Source of the DNA: Glycera tridactyla
Lineage: Eukaryota
DNA length: 64,000 nt
Assembly: GCA_965644265.1 (NCBI GenBank)
Contig: OZ286462.1
Location: 39,680,001-39,744,000 of the forward strand
Direction of reading: 5' to 3'
The position numbers and the translations under genes are program-made. The notes under the pieces were generated by a model, which was not told where the DNA came from, did not search any database, and saw nothing but the letters and a program-made list of their open reading frames with translations. Below, one piece after another: positions 1-12,108 of the stretch; within the stretch, counting starts at the first letter, position 1; every line of letters begins with the position of its first letter.

Positions 1-346
1 AAACCCTACTAATGAATTAGACGAAAATAAATCTCACAGGTGACTATCCCATGCCTGTTGCACAGGAATACTCCCATGTATCACAATGACCTGAAACCAC
101 TCAAGTCATGATCATTTACTCATGATTACAAGTGGCTGATCTTGGTTGCTGATGTTTCATGATATGAAAGCTCAGAAACTCAGAGCACCCATCCACAATT
201 TCCGTTGGTCTTGAATTCAGTTTGTTTCTGTTCCATCATCAGCCTTGTAACATTTGTACATTCGCTGGCGCAGTTATTTTGCATTTTTCCATTTTTGTCA
301 TTTTGCCAATACTGCATACATTTTTTTCCATCTGACTGCTACCTAC

Positions 347-470
347 CTTGAGGTGAGTTGGCACGTGGGGGCTGATCTGAACCATCGTCGTTTGAGCCTC
401 GGCCGCTATCAGCATTCGAAACATCTGCCGAACATGCGCTATCCGAATCCACGGAAGTCATCTGAGCCTT
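347..470 (-). CDS. Pcdh: Protocadherin cytoplasmic exon with DSGRGS (CM1-like) motif; gene continues beyond left edge
   Basis: Acceptor gttctcgtgttgtag|AAG at 471/470 and donor CAAG|GTAGGT at 347/346. Phase-0 translation is KAQMTSVDSDSACSADVSNADSGRGSNDDGSDQPPRANSPQ(G). DSGRGS (393-410) matches the DSGxG core of delta-protocadherin tails. This frame is absent from the supplied ORF track. Confidence 0.85.
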
Positions 471-3077
471 CTACAACACGAGAACATCATATGCTTTATG
501 ATAACTTTCCAGAATTCAAGAGTAGTCCAGTGAATTTGTCCACTTGCATGACCTATGGTTATTCTGAGTTCTTTTTTAGGTCAACAACAAGCAACTGGCA
601 TGCAAGAATATCATTATAATCGATCTTTCACTGCATGATAGCACTTTTATTTACTTACAATTTCAATCAATCTGATGGGAGAAATAGAGCAGATGTCAAG
701 CTGGATCAGGTATATAAACACAAACATTAGGACTCCTGTCATTTATACTGTGTTGTCATTACCCACCATAGTCAGTTCCTTTCAATATTGGAATTCAAAG
801 AGATCGGGGCTGGCTCAAAAACAGACTTTATAGTTCAAATGGCACAACCTGCTGCCACTGAGACCGATCATCAGGCTACTGCCAGGAAATTGAACTTGGT
901 AGGAAAAATAACTAGTGAGTGTATAGCATGATGATGGAAGAATTTGCAAAGAGTTGAATATAGAGGAATCTCTTTTTAGATCACAATCCTGGTATTACTG
1001 TTACAGCGATGAGGTGTAGATGATTAGGGTTTGATACTGGTATGGCCCACTGCTGGGAAGGGAGTAAGACAATAGTATCAGGCAGACTTGTACATTTGAC
1101 ACTAGATGGGGACCTTGATCCATAACATAGCTCATCTCATTCATGTCATTGCTTCGTTTACTGTCTACGTCATCTATGCCTCAGTCAATGTTTCTGTCCC
1201 AAATAGCATCACAGAAAATCCTCATTGTTCAATAATGCAGGAAATGAGAAATGGTTTCCTTACTACTGCTGTCTACATTTTATGTAATTGTTATCAAAAG
1301 GTATCTTTTTTGAAACTTCCAACCAGGTTACAGAAACTTCCAAATTGAAATTTGAAAAGCTGGAAATTTTTAGAGAATTGGTATCACTGCTCCGAATACA
1401 TCTTCATGCTCCCTGGATAGCAAACATGTGCATGAATACATGCACGCATGCATGCACATGCACACACACACACACACACACGTGTTACATTCTCACATGG
1501 CATGACATGACATGCTGGTAGCCTGTTCACACCGACAATTGAAAAGACCGAGATTGATGGTTCATGAGTCGTGCTGTACTCCGAGACAGAGACCTGCGGG
1601 TCATCTGAGGCATAGTGTTCATCAACACACATCACATGTTCTCTATCAGGGTGCCCTGTCTCCCACAACGGCACAGCTTCACCTTGGTAAGCCCCACCAA
1701 CCACAAAAAATACCTAGCATCCTTATCAAGCTACTCGCTCTAACTGAATATACCTGTACATCATTTTAGTACCTATAATGCAGGATAAATTGTAGAATAC
1801 GTGTGCAAGTGTCAATGACAGAAGAAATAGCACAATAGAAAAAGTCAGAGTCATAATTCTTGCATAAGGCAACAATGAAGTAGCAAAAAAGCTGTGGTTG
1901 ACATGAGCAATGGAGATGAAATATCAGTGAAGAAAACAAGAAAATTTCAATGCCTAAACCACATGCGCCTCTCTATTCACAAAATGCTGATATGATTTGA
2001 GCATCATATTCGGGGGAATTTACACCATCTGCGGGTGCCACAGCATACCCAAATATCCTGAGCTCGGGAAATCTTCAGCTGGTATAAGCTAGTTCTATCT
2101 TGATAAAATGGCATAGATATAGGAATGCATTAGTGCCAAACAACATCATGGGTTCATTAGTCATGGCTGTAAATCAGATCCTATTTTCAATTTGGTGAAG
2201 TGCTATAGATCACTGACACTGCTGTATCAATACCATTCATGTTCAGTTGACTGATTTGGACTAACTGATGCAGAACGTGGAACCATCATCCAAATTGTAT
2301 AATTAACGGTAACTACACTGGATATAGTGAACAAACCAAGTATTTGATACTGTAGAGAGGGATATAGAGCCCTATCAAATGAACAAGCAGCCATCATATA
2401 GGGCCTACCATATTCTGCCAAATAGATGCAGATGCGCAATAGATACGACCCCATCCTCAGACCCCACAAATGTAAATACAGTGTACCAACAGACACACCC
2501 CTATATTCTGTCAAGAATGAAATTTACCTAATACTTCCCATGAACAATACCATGGAGCATGTACATGGTGCATTAATTTGGTAGAATACAGTCCTCCTCT
2601 GAGCAAATATAAGTTGATGGTCTGTTGGCGAGTTGGGTGATTGGTTGGTTGGTTAGAGGCATTTTAACCCGTAGGAATATGTGCAATATGTGTTCTGGAT
2701 CTGGAAGAGCAAGATGCATTGTCCCCTGCTGGCATCACTTTCATAAACCCTGAACACTGGTGATGGGTACCCAAAAAGCTTATAATCAGGAAACATGATT
2801 TAATTCAGAGATAATTATACAGGGTCTATATGAAGTCATTTTGCAACTGGGAAAAGCTGTTACATAAAGTGCTTGAATGGTATCTTAAGGTAAAATATTT
2901 TTTCAATGATAATTTCCAAGCTCCCAATTCAGACAAACCTTTACCACATAAAATCACACCGGCAAGAAGCTGCAGCAAGTGCTTCAATATTCCTCTCCAA
3001 TATCTTTGTTTCGCTGGCGGTGCAAAGCGGGGAATAAAAACCAGACTGCAGCATACCCAAAGAGTTGGCAAATTTAC

Positions 3078-3416
3078 CTCCAAGTCAAAAGGACTGCAGT
3101 CAATATCGGGAAAGTATGGCCACAAGTCATCGATGCCTGGTCGATCACAGGGCGGAATGACCATGTCTGCATCAACGGGATCGATCCCGGGTACCATGTA
3201 AGGATCCGGATTGAGCAGATGAGGATCAGGGGCGTACCCGAGGAACCGCTCCATGGGATCGGGAGGGTACCTCAGATAACTCTCTGAAGTCCTCCCATCT
3301 GCATCAACGATCCAAATTTTTGGGACCCTGGGATCGACAGGGAGATGCGAATGTTCGCCAAACTCGGGATCAGGTTTGTATTCCAGATCTCCACCATACA
3401 TAGTGGCACCCTCCAA
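3078..3416 (-). CDS. Pcdh: Predicted internal protocadherin cytoplasmic exon, 113 aa, Pro/Asp/Tyr-rich (LEGATMY...SPFDLE)
   Basis: Acceptor ccatctctttccattgcattgcgttgtag|TTG at 3417/3416 and donor GAG|GTAAAT at 3078/3077. 339 nt, open in phase 0 at both ends, matching the flanking exons. GC/CpG-rich relative to the intron, and the in-register antisense frame is also open. Membership in this gene is inferred from strand and phase. Confidence 0.72.
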
Positions 3417-6400
3417 CTACAACGCAATGCAATGGAAAGAGATGGTTAAGTGGGACAGACATGTCATCAGGGCTCAACAAATCAAAATATTCATTCTGAG
3501 ATGGGGTTGGAGTTCACAGAGATGCACTAGGATAGTGCATCAACATATAAACCAAATGTCTTCCACATTCCTCATGTCAAGTGTATTCATCGATTCTGCT
3601 ACAGTTTGAGCTATCTGAAGCTCCCTAATTCATCTACTCCAGCTTATTTCATAGACTGAGAACACAAACATGCTCACGCAATTTCATAAACAATTCACAG
3701 AATTACAAGGAACTGTGCAGATAATTATTCACATCGCTATTATATTTCCAAAATATCCGCACATTAGTGTCTGAGGCAATCCCCATCTCGAGATTGTACC
3801 AGGGTCCATTTTGTGGGTGGCAATTTAAATCACATAAAAATCTCAGTGAATGGACAGGGCGAGACATTTGTCATATTCCACATCATGGGTGGCTTTACAT
3901 GAACAAATCAATCCAGGATCTTCGCCGGGCAAAGCGACATCCGGCAATAAAATCGGGCAGATCAAAGTCGGATACGAATGCAGCATGACTCGACAATATG
4001 ATATTGTGAGTTCGCATTGTGAAGGAATGCCAGCATGCCCAATTGTGGTGATTGCAAAGCAATCTTTCAGGATACATGGATGAGTGAATGATGGAAGTTT
4101 TACTTAGGGGCAGGTGTGATGACCTACCACAGCAGGTGAGGTGTGAGGACCCTCCGTAAATATACAATCAAACAGTCATTTATCACTCGTGTGCTCACAG
4201 CAAGTTAATGGCTCAATTTCTTTTCTATTGCATGTGCAGCTTTCTTGAATACAAATCCACAAATGCGTGATGCATATGCATGGTTGTTGAATACAAACTA
4301 CATTGTATCATATTTGAAGTGATACCTGTCAGATTGTTCTGTAGCCATCACAAAACCAGGTGACCCATCATGAATAATCAGGAGGAAAGAGCCATGATCC
4401 CAGAAGTTGTAACAAAGCTTCTCCAACAAATCAACAAACTGCACTATAGTGAGGAGTCTTTCATATCACTGCAGACCAGAAAATCATCCTACACACTAAG
4501 GACCAGTCCCCTCAGCTGTCTTCAGCTTTTGTCTTCAGATATAGGTGGGTACTTTGCATCATCATTTTGAGCTAAGAGGGTCGCATTCATATTTGACTCA
4601 ATTCATTCCTGAAGAATGTCAACCATCATTGATTGATTTATTGAGTGGATTTTCAACAGCATGTATCAATGCAAATGGAGATGCCCTGTTGCCTTCCCTG
4701 AAAGGTGAAGGAGTCTCCTGCAGAAATCCCAAGTGACTGGTATAGTCTTAGTTGGCATGATTTGGAAGGGTGCTAGGTTCTCCCAGAAGATGTGAGAAAG
4801 TTCAAATTGCATTGACGACACCCCAAGAAGCTCACATAAACTGAACAAGGTCATTTGAGGCCAATTGTTGCTCTTCTAACAACACTGACTTCCAGGCCAT
4901 GTCCCTATTGAATAAATAAATCTCTCAAGCAGAAGTATTTAGCAGAAATGAAAACAGTGATTTTTCTATGACATATGACCTCAAACAGGAACTTTAGAAG
5001 AAGACATGCCGGATCTTAACAGAAATCTGATACCTGCTACTTTGAAATGTGGCACATTTCACACTGAAACCATAGAAAAGTGAAAGCATGCTCATGGGGT
5101 ACTTCATCTATTAGTACGCCCCTCCCCCCGCCCCCCCCCCCAAAAAAAAGAAGCTCATATGTTTGAATTTTAGGCGAAACAAAGAATGTCTCTTGTAAGT
5201 AGGCATGCCAGTCTTCGAAGATGAATTGAAGTAATGAAGCTGAAATACAGTTGCATATGCCTACAAAGACCACCTTTGGTCTCTGTTGAGGAGTTTTTAA
5301 CTTTTTCAGAATTCCAAAATTTTCGGAAAAATGGCATCACTGAAATGCCGACAAACTAGAAATCCTGTGATCCATGTCCATCTTTACATCATTCTTGGTG
5401 AGCTATCCATCCTCAGAGATGGTGTAATACTTTATTCAACATTAGCAAAGGGATGGCTAATGCCATGGAAACGGCTATGACCCATTAGGTGATCATCCTG
5501 GGTGTTGCATGATGGAGAGAATGCCATCAGAAGCTGGGAGTTGGACCAATATAGCATCCTGTTAACCATCACCCATGGATGCTGGCAGGAATGCAGTCAG
5601 AATGCAGGATTCTTCCATGTTCATCTTCCATTATCTTAATGCATTGTATGGACGGCAAATTTACTGATGTTCACATGTATGAATACTGCTAAAAGCCTAT
5701 CCATTATTATGTGAATTTCCTGAATATTTTTGACCAAGTTTGGGAGATCAGGAGTTTGAAATGAACCTGGAGAATTCCACATGTTACACAGGTAAGCTGC
5801 AGTTTGCAAGGGAATGACATCAAAAAGCGTCATCAGGTATGGACATAAAGGGTTGCCATGGTGACGGGTAGCAACTGTTGGATCTCCAATGATTGTTGGT
5901 TTCACACTATCACGCACATCACAGTTCATCAAGCAAGGATTCCCCCTCCCCCCGCACATGTAAAATCATGCGACATTGACTGTGTATCATCCACATGGTC
6001 TTTTAAATAATGTCTATGATCTGCACAGATAATGGTACACATGACAGAGGAATGGGGGGGGGGGGGTCACTGCTTGAATGAAAATCTCTCAGTAGTGATT
6101 TTGATGACCCAATCAAATGTGCTCTGAACACTGACCAAGTTGTGTGAGAAAAGCATCCTGTTCCCTGAATAGACCCCCCCCCCCCCCCCCATGCACACAT
6201 ACACATGCGGACAAACGGGCAATTATTCGCCCACACATTGAAAACTCTGTGACTTGATGGATTTGATGATTTTACAAGGGTGACAAATGAATATAAGGTT
6301 TCTCAGTATCTCCTATCGGCAAGAAAATGCTGCCAACATTGTGAATAAGAAAGGCTTAAAGTAACTAAACATGAAACATGGTTCAAAGACTTGGATGCTT

Positions 6401-7200
6401 AAACTTTCATGGGGATGGCTGTTCAAATATATCCTGATCCACTGCAGTCAATAATTTTTCTTCTTGTAAATGGAATTCGTCTCTAAGCCCTCCGCAGATC
6501 CACATGTCTCCAGGAAATCCAGGATGTAATGCACCTCGAGGACATCAAAGAAATGGAAGTCAAAAAGGTTGAGCCTCATTCAATAGACCACCCACCACAA
6601 CTGCAAAAAGTAGTAGTCTGAGCCCAGAGATTTACAAACCCAGTAGACCAACTGAGTTGAATTTGGTACAAAAGATTAAAAACGTCTAGCCATGTCATGA
6701 TACACATCATGTTGAGTATTGGTGGTTAATTCAATTAATGTATGCACATGTTACTGATGCAAAAGTGTCCTGTCTCTTCCATAAATGGGACTTCCGTAGT
6801 GAGGATCGCATGATTTCTATCTAACAAATCATTGTCTCAATCATTGAATCATGAAATTGGACCACAGACAAACATGTGTGACAACAGGGGGAATTTTGCG
6901 ACCCATGCGTAGAGACTGTCGGAGTCACAATGTTTCAACTAGGATTACCAGTGCACACATCCCACAAGCTGGGTATTTCGAGTACAACCAACATTCATAG
7001 GTAACAGGTTCCTGCCAGCATGAGGGTACAAAGTTGATATATATAGACCTGTTTGGAAGTCAACATTTTCAAGGTTCATTCCACATTTATAAATTTCCCA
7101 GCATCAGGAGTTGCAGAAGACAATAGGAATAGAGAAATGTCTAGCCAGTTTGGTCTTCGTTATACAAAATCATCCAGAGGGATTAGTGTATACTACAGTA

Positions 7201-7350
7201 CAGTGAAACCTGTTGTGAAAGACTACTAGTGGAATTGAAAGGGGGTGACCTTATTGTCAGATGTATATTTGAATATTCTAGATAGAGGTGCTGTCTTGAA
7301 GTAGTGGTCTCCTGTCATAGTTGGTTTCTCATCAGGCATCCCTCATCAAA
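7201..7350. mobile_element. Degenerate MITE
   Basis: TA|CAGTGAAACCTG start and GTGGTCTC/CTCATCA motifs. Right end eroded. Similar remnants at ~5248, 9545, 12798, 14270, 18515, 29100, 36890, 51535, 57770, 61443 and 62828. Confidence 0.55.
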
Positions 7351-8859
7351 GGTCCTTCACAAATGCAATATCTTTCTGATGAGCAGAAAACTGCTTTGGG
7401 AATAATAATTCATTAAAACAGGTGTTGTCCCATGGCAGGGTCAACTGACTTCATGCACAGTTTGATTCTTCCCTGTTTTAACCCAATTAGGATCAATTAA
7501 GGGTAGAGGTTTGCCCCAATTAGAATGTATCAATTATTGATCAATTACCCTAATTATACCCAATCTTGTTGCCCAGAAATCAGGCCATTAACCACCCTGA
7601 CAGCAGCTGATCCTGAGCAGGAAGCTTATTAATTATGAATCAGTGATTACCAATGATATGCTGCTCTTTATGACACAATTGTTCCCCTCACCTGTACAAT
7701 ACATGCTCATCAATTGTTCATGGATAGCATTTTATGATCCAACAAATTGTCATCTAGATTCAGAGATCTCTGAATAGCGTACACCAATGATAGAACCTAG
7801 ATTACAACAAAATATGGAAGTTCAGATAGTCTGTTAAAAGATATAGTGGCACTTGCAGCTGGGAAGCACCTAACTTGGAGACCAGCCAGTATGTTATACA
7901 AGTAACCGCTGTCAAGCCCTGGATGTGAGGTTTAGGAAGCTACAGTGTTGCTCCCATACTCTTTTCACATGTTCTACTTCATTCAGGCTGATCATCTGTA
8001 TGATTTGAAAAGATACCTTCCTACCTGTTCAGGCTATTTCAGTTTAGCTGAAGTATTATTGAATTTCCATGACTGCGCGCTAGTATGGTTACTGATTCAA
8101 TAGTCCATGTCAGCACCAGCAATCATAGAATCTTATAGGATATATATCCACCAATGCACCAGTGTGACATATTTCTATATTATTCAAAGTGAGGCATTGA
8201 CATACCAAACCGTGTCTAACCTTACAAGGGTGAAATCATACACTAGCATCCTGATCAATATTTGTTGGGTTCGGCTGACAGTCCACACTGAGAAGGCGCA
8301 GGGTGTAAGCTCCAACCCCCAGACTGCCTATATTATTAAACATCCCCTTCTGATATTTGATGACTTATTGATTCTCCTCTTCTGATGCCTTATATTCACA
8401 AATAAACTTATCTCATATATCTTTATATTCTACATCAGTTTCAATGCTTCAGTGCAAACGATGTCAAAGTTGATGTGAATCAAGATATAATCAAGCAATT
8501 GAACTTATGTCAGCTTTCTAACATTTTTTCTTCTTTGAAAACCCTATGATTGATATGTGAGAGATGAACTTCTCATGCCTGTTGGTGTTCCACAATCGAT
8601 ATAAGTGAAAATATGGCACATTTGGAGAAGTCAACTATGGGCAAGAGGGCATGGAAAAAAATCCAGCAAACCTATCTACTTGCCACATCTAATTTCATTC
8701 AGCCCTGTTTTATGATCATTGCATTCACAGTGATACAAACGTCTGTTGGCCAAAATTAGTAATGTTGGCAATATTGCCAATCATCAAAGAAGTGGATGCT
8801 GAATTTTATTCTATGCATAAAACAAACTAAACTCTACTGGTTAGCATCTAGGCCTTCAT

Positions 8860-9016
8860 AAAAATGTCTGCACGGACCACAAAGACCACCTGCCTACAAT
8901 GTCCACCTGAAGCTGTGACAGTAGATACAGCGGATAACCTCTCTACGAAGGCCATCTCTCTACAAAGGCCACTTTTCGATACCACTGGAGTTGGTCTTTC
9001 TAGACAGGTTCAAATG
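8860..9016 (+). mobile_element. Degenerate MITE subfamily B
   Basis: AAAGACCACCTGCCTA, AAAGGCCACTTTT and AGACAGGTTC motifs in family order. Boundaries approximate. Confidence 0.6.
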
Positions 9017-10328
9017 TGTGCACTAGATTTTTTTCCCAGATTGGGTATAGTTCCACCAGCATGACTTTGGAGTTCACACCACAGATAGAGCTGTGGGCCC
9101 ACTGTGTGGAGTTCAAACAGGGGATTTTCTAACACACACATACATACAGGTGTACCGGCATACTCCATTGTACCAGTGTACCTGCAAAAGTACGACATAA
9201 CCTGGCAGTGTGGCATTGTCACCGGCACGTTTTAACGTGTCTGTTTGCGGGATCAGGTGATGCCAGACACCATTTCAACATGCTGGACCCCCATCTGATG
9301 TACGACGAAAAATTGCTCTCTGTCATATATCATTCCACAATACCCACAGAGAATGTGTCTCCCATCTATTTCAATTCTCTCAACCTCACACAACAAGGAA
9401 GAATGCAGCACATTTTAATCATAATCCCAAATTCAAGTAAGAACTGCATGTGCTAAATGTTGCCAAATTCAGTCTCTCAAAAGCATGGGCTCACATCAGA
9501 GGAATGGTATATTTGACTATGCCTGAAAGAAAAACTACTCAAGAAAGTAATTCCCGATCAGTGGAGGTTTCTCATCAGGGGGATCCCTCGGAAGTTTCAC
9601 TCTAGTACATTCTTCATTTCAAATAAATTGATAAAGTGAGTTTGAAAATCAAAACCCAATTTTCCGGATTCTTTATCTCAATATTTCATATCAACATTTT
9701 GAATTTTCCAAAGCCTCATGATAATGTAAACTTATTGAGCTATATATGCGATACTATTTGTATCTCTATTAGGCACATCCTGTATTACAATGCCTATTGT
9801 CATTCATGTGCCTTTTACATGAGGCACTGAGTCAACCAAACCCTGTATTATCAGCATTCCACAAATCGGGACCTGTACCACCAACCACGACTGTCATTTT
9901 TTCACTATGTAGTAATAGTTTTCTGCACTTTGGGTGAGTTGTGTGTACGACACTGACTGGTATACATTACACAAAAGAACTACCTTCGCCTCAAACAAAA
10001 AACATTCAACACTGGCATAGCCACAAGCATATAGTGCCCTAAAAGAATCTGTTTTTGTGACCATCTGGTTGACTGGAGGCAAGTGGCCACACACAGACAG
10101 CTGGCTGATAATTTACCTACAATTACAACCCCAACAAAAACCCGCTCCTGCCCAACTCCTCCATTTATCATTTCTGCCCATAGCAATAATGCATACATAA
10201 TGAAGCCATCCCCAAGCCACATGTAAGGACTTCACTCCGAATAATACAACATTTAACTTAGATAATACTCTACTTTTTCTTAGCATGCCCAGGTTCTCTG
10301 CAGACATGTGAACTGTAGATAGGTCAGA

Positions 10329-10573
10329 TATTATTATTATCATCATCATCATTATCATTATCAACATTGTTATTACTATTATTATTATTATTATTACAGT
10401 GAAACCTGTCTTGGGAGACCCCTCTTTTGGGAGACCACCCTCTAATGGGAGACCCCTCTTTATCGGCTCTCCTCTATTTAACATAGTCAAATATACCTCC
10501 AATGTGAGACCACCTGTCTTAAGAGACCTCTTTCCGTTGGCGTTTGGGGCGGTCTTCCAAGACAGGTTTTACT

Positions 10574-10613
<40 letters not shown>

Positions 10614-10692
10614 TATTATTATTATTATTATCATTATTATTATTATTATTATTGCTATCAATATTATTATTATCATTATTAAAATTATCATT
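10329..10692. repeat. (ATT/ATC)n microsatellite split by MITE A
   Basis: ATT/ATC trinucleotide runs on both sides of 10397-10574. Confidence 0.95.
10397..10574 (+). mobile_element. TA-flanked MITE, subfamily A (178 bp), inserted in an (ATT)n tract
   Basis: TA|CAGTGAAACCTGTCTTGG ... CCAAGACAGGTTTTACTG|TA. Internal GAGACCACC repeats and core ACATAGTCAAATATACCTCCAAT. The pogo/Tc1-mariner assignment is inferred from the TA duplication and CAGT termini. Confidence 0.9.
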
Positions 10693-10899
10693 CAAAATTT
10701 TCTGAAAATATTCTCATAATCTGTCAAATGTGATTTGACTCTTGAAGATTGAAGTTGGCTGCTTCTGAATCTCAATTGTTGCATTGAAATTCTGACATTC
10801 TGAATACTTCCTGTAGAAACATGCACTACTGTTGAACAACCAACTGTGACTCATGACATACAGTTAAAAGAAACGGGGATGGGGGATCAAGCATGCCCC

Positions 10900-11090
10900 A
10901 AAGGCAGTAGTGGCAGTCTCTAGAGGGTATGCATTATACCCCAAACACAGGCCAGTTTACCCCATCTGATGAGGTGTCAACCGCCCACACTGGATCAACA
11001 TGCTTCACATGGTGTGGGGGCTCTCTTGTCTGACCAACATCCCCAGCAGGGGATCAAAACATGTCTTCAACCCTCTACTCCTCACCACTA
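10900..11090 (-). mobile_element. Possible degenerate tRNA-derived SINE
   Basis: On the minus strand, TAGTGGTGAG ... GTTTTGATCCCC resembles Pol III A/B boxes, followed by a GC-richer body. Weak resemblance to ~995-1115. Confidence 0.25.
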
Positions 11091-11771
11091 TATTCAATTC
11101 TATTTGCCTGTCCAAATTCAACCAAAAAGGCTCATGTGAACAATAATGGAATGTACAATACCATAAGACAGAGTTTCTGCTTTCAGGTGATCATAGTAGG
11201 GTTATTTTCATAAAAATGCAGAACCTAATGAGATACATAATATTCATGAAAAGTAGTTGATATTTAAGACAATGACACTTTCCTAAATACAACAAAAGAC
11301 AAAAAGACTGAGAATGATAAAAGAAATAATTGCCACCAGACAGAATCTCAGTTTAGAATGATCAAAACAAGATTATTTTCATCTGATATATGGTACCAAC
11401 TGAAACTGATGATATTCATGGGCAATTCTGCATCAGTTGATGTGTAAGAGGGTGACACTTTCCGAAATACAACAAAGGACAAAAGACAAGGGATGACACT
11501 GATAGTGCTGCATACAATGGCCGATCATGGCCCGCTCAGTCCTCTACCAGCTTGGTCAAGTGGTCAGTCATTATCAGGGTTCAGCCATTTGCCCGAGGCT
11601 ATACTGAGATATCAGGTCGGCTGAACATATTAACGGAGTAGACAATGGTTGGAATGTCGCTCGCTCTCACTGTATCTGCTCCTTTCACTTGACCTTCTCT
11701 GTTCTCCACATGCCAGGATAGGATGTTTTCTAGCCTAATTGCATATTTCATCATACCGAATTAGAGTGATA

Positions 11772-11933
11772 CATTCGGACCACCTCCGAAGACCACCTCT
11801 CTATAAAGGCCACCCTGAGCTGCAAATGTGGTAGTATTTTCAACAGTAAATGATCTATCTATAAAGACCACCACCCTATAAAGGCCACTTTTTTTATGTG
11901 ACCGAAGGTGGTCTTCGAAGAGACGTTCGACTG
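11772..11933 (+). mobile_element. TA-flanked MITE, subfamily B
   Basis: Core CCCTGAGCTG...GGTAGTATTTTCAACAGTAAATGA and right end GTTCGACTG|TA. Confidence 0.8.
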
Positions 11934-11944
11934 TACACCAAATA

Positions 11945-12108
11945 CAGTGAAACCTACACCGAGAGACCCCCTGACAAGAGACCACCTCCGACAGGAAACC
12001 ACTTTTCCAGGGCAGTGTTCTTATTTGACAATGTCAAATATACCTTTGATGAGTGACCCCCTCTTTTGAGTGACCACTTTTTTGGTGACATTTAGGGTGA
12101 TTTCATTG
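11945..12108 (+). mobile_element. TA-flanked MITE, subfamily A-like
   Basis: TA|CAGTGAAACCT ... GATTTCATTG|TA with core TGTCAAATATACCT. Lies 11 bp from the preceding MITE. Confidence 0.8.

Noticed and set aside
2049-2078. 30-nt symmetric micro-exon candidate (LKISRAQDIW); likewise 36-nt 13102-13137 (EKPTGLDSLILE)
   Set aside because: Weak pyrimidine tracts and donors. Such pairs arise by chance in 53 kb of intron.
3767-4167. CpG-rich block with several overlapping ORFs near the cassette exon
   Set aside because: No acceptor/donor pair gives an open phase-0 exon and the peptides are unremarkable. It may still be regulatory.
10113-10719. ORFs with poly-Ile (apparent TM segments)
   Set aside because: Translation of the (ATT)n microsatellite and MITE A.
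11241-11500. Diverged ~80-bp direct repeat (TGACACTTTCC.AAATACAACAAA.GACAAAA)
   Set aside because: An ordinary old local duplication with no further structure.
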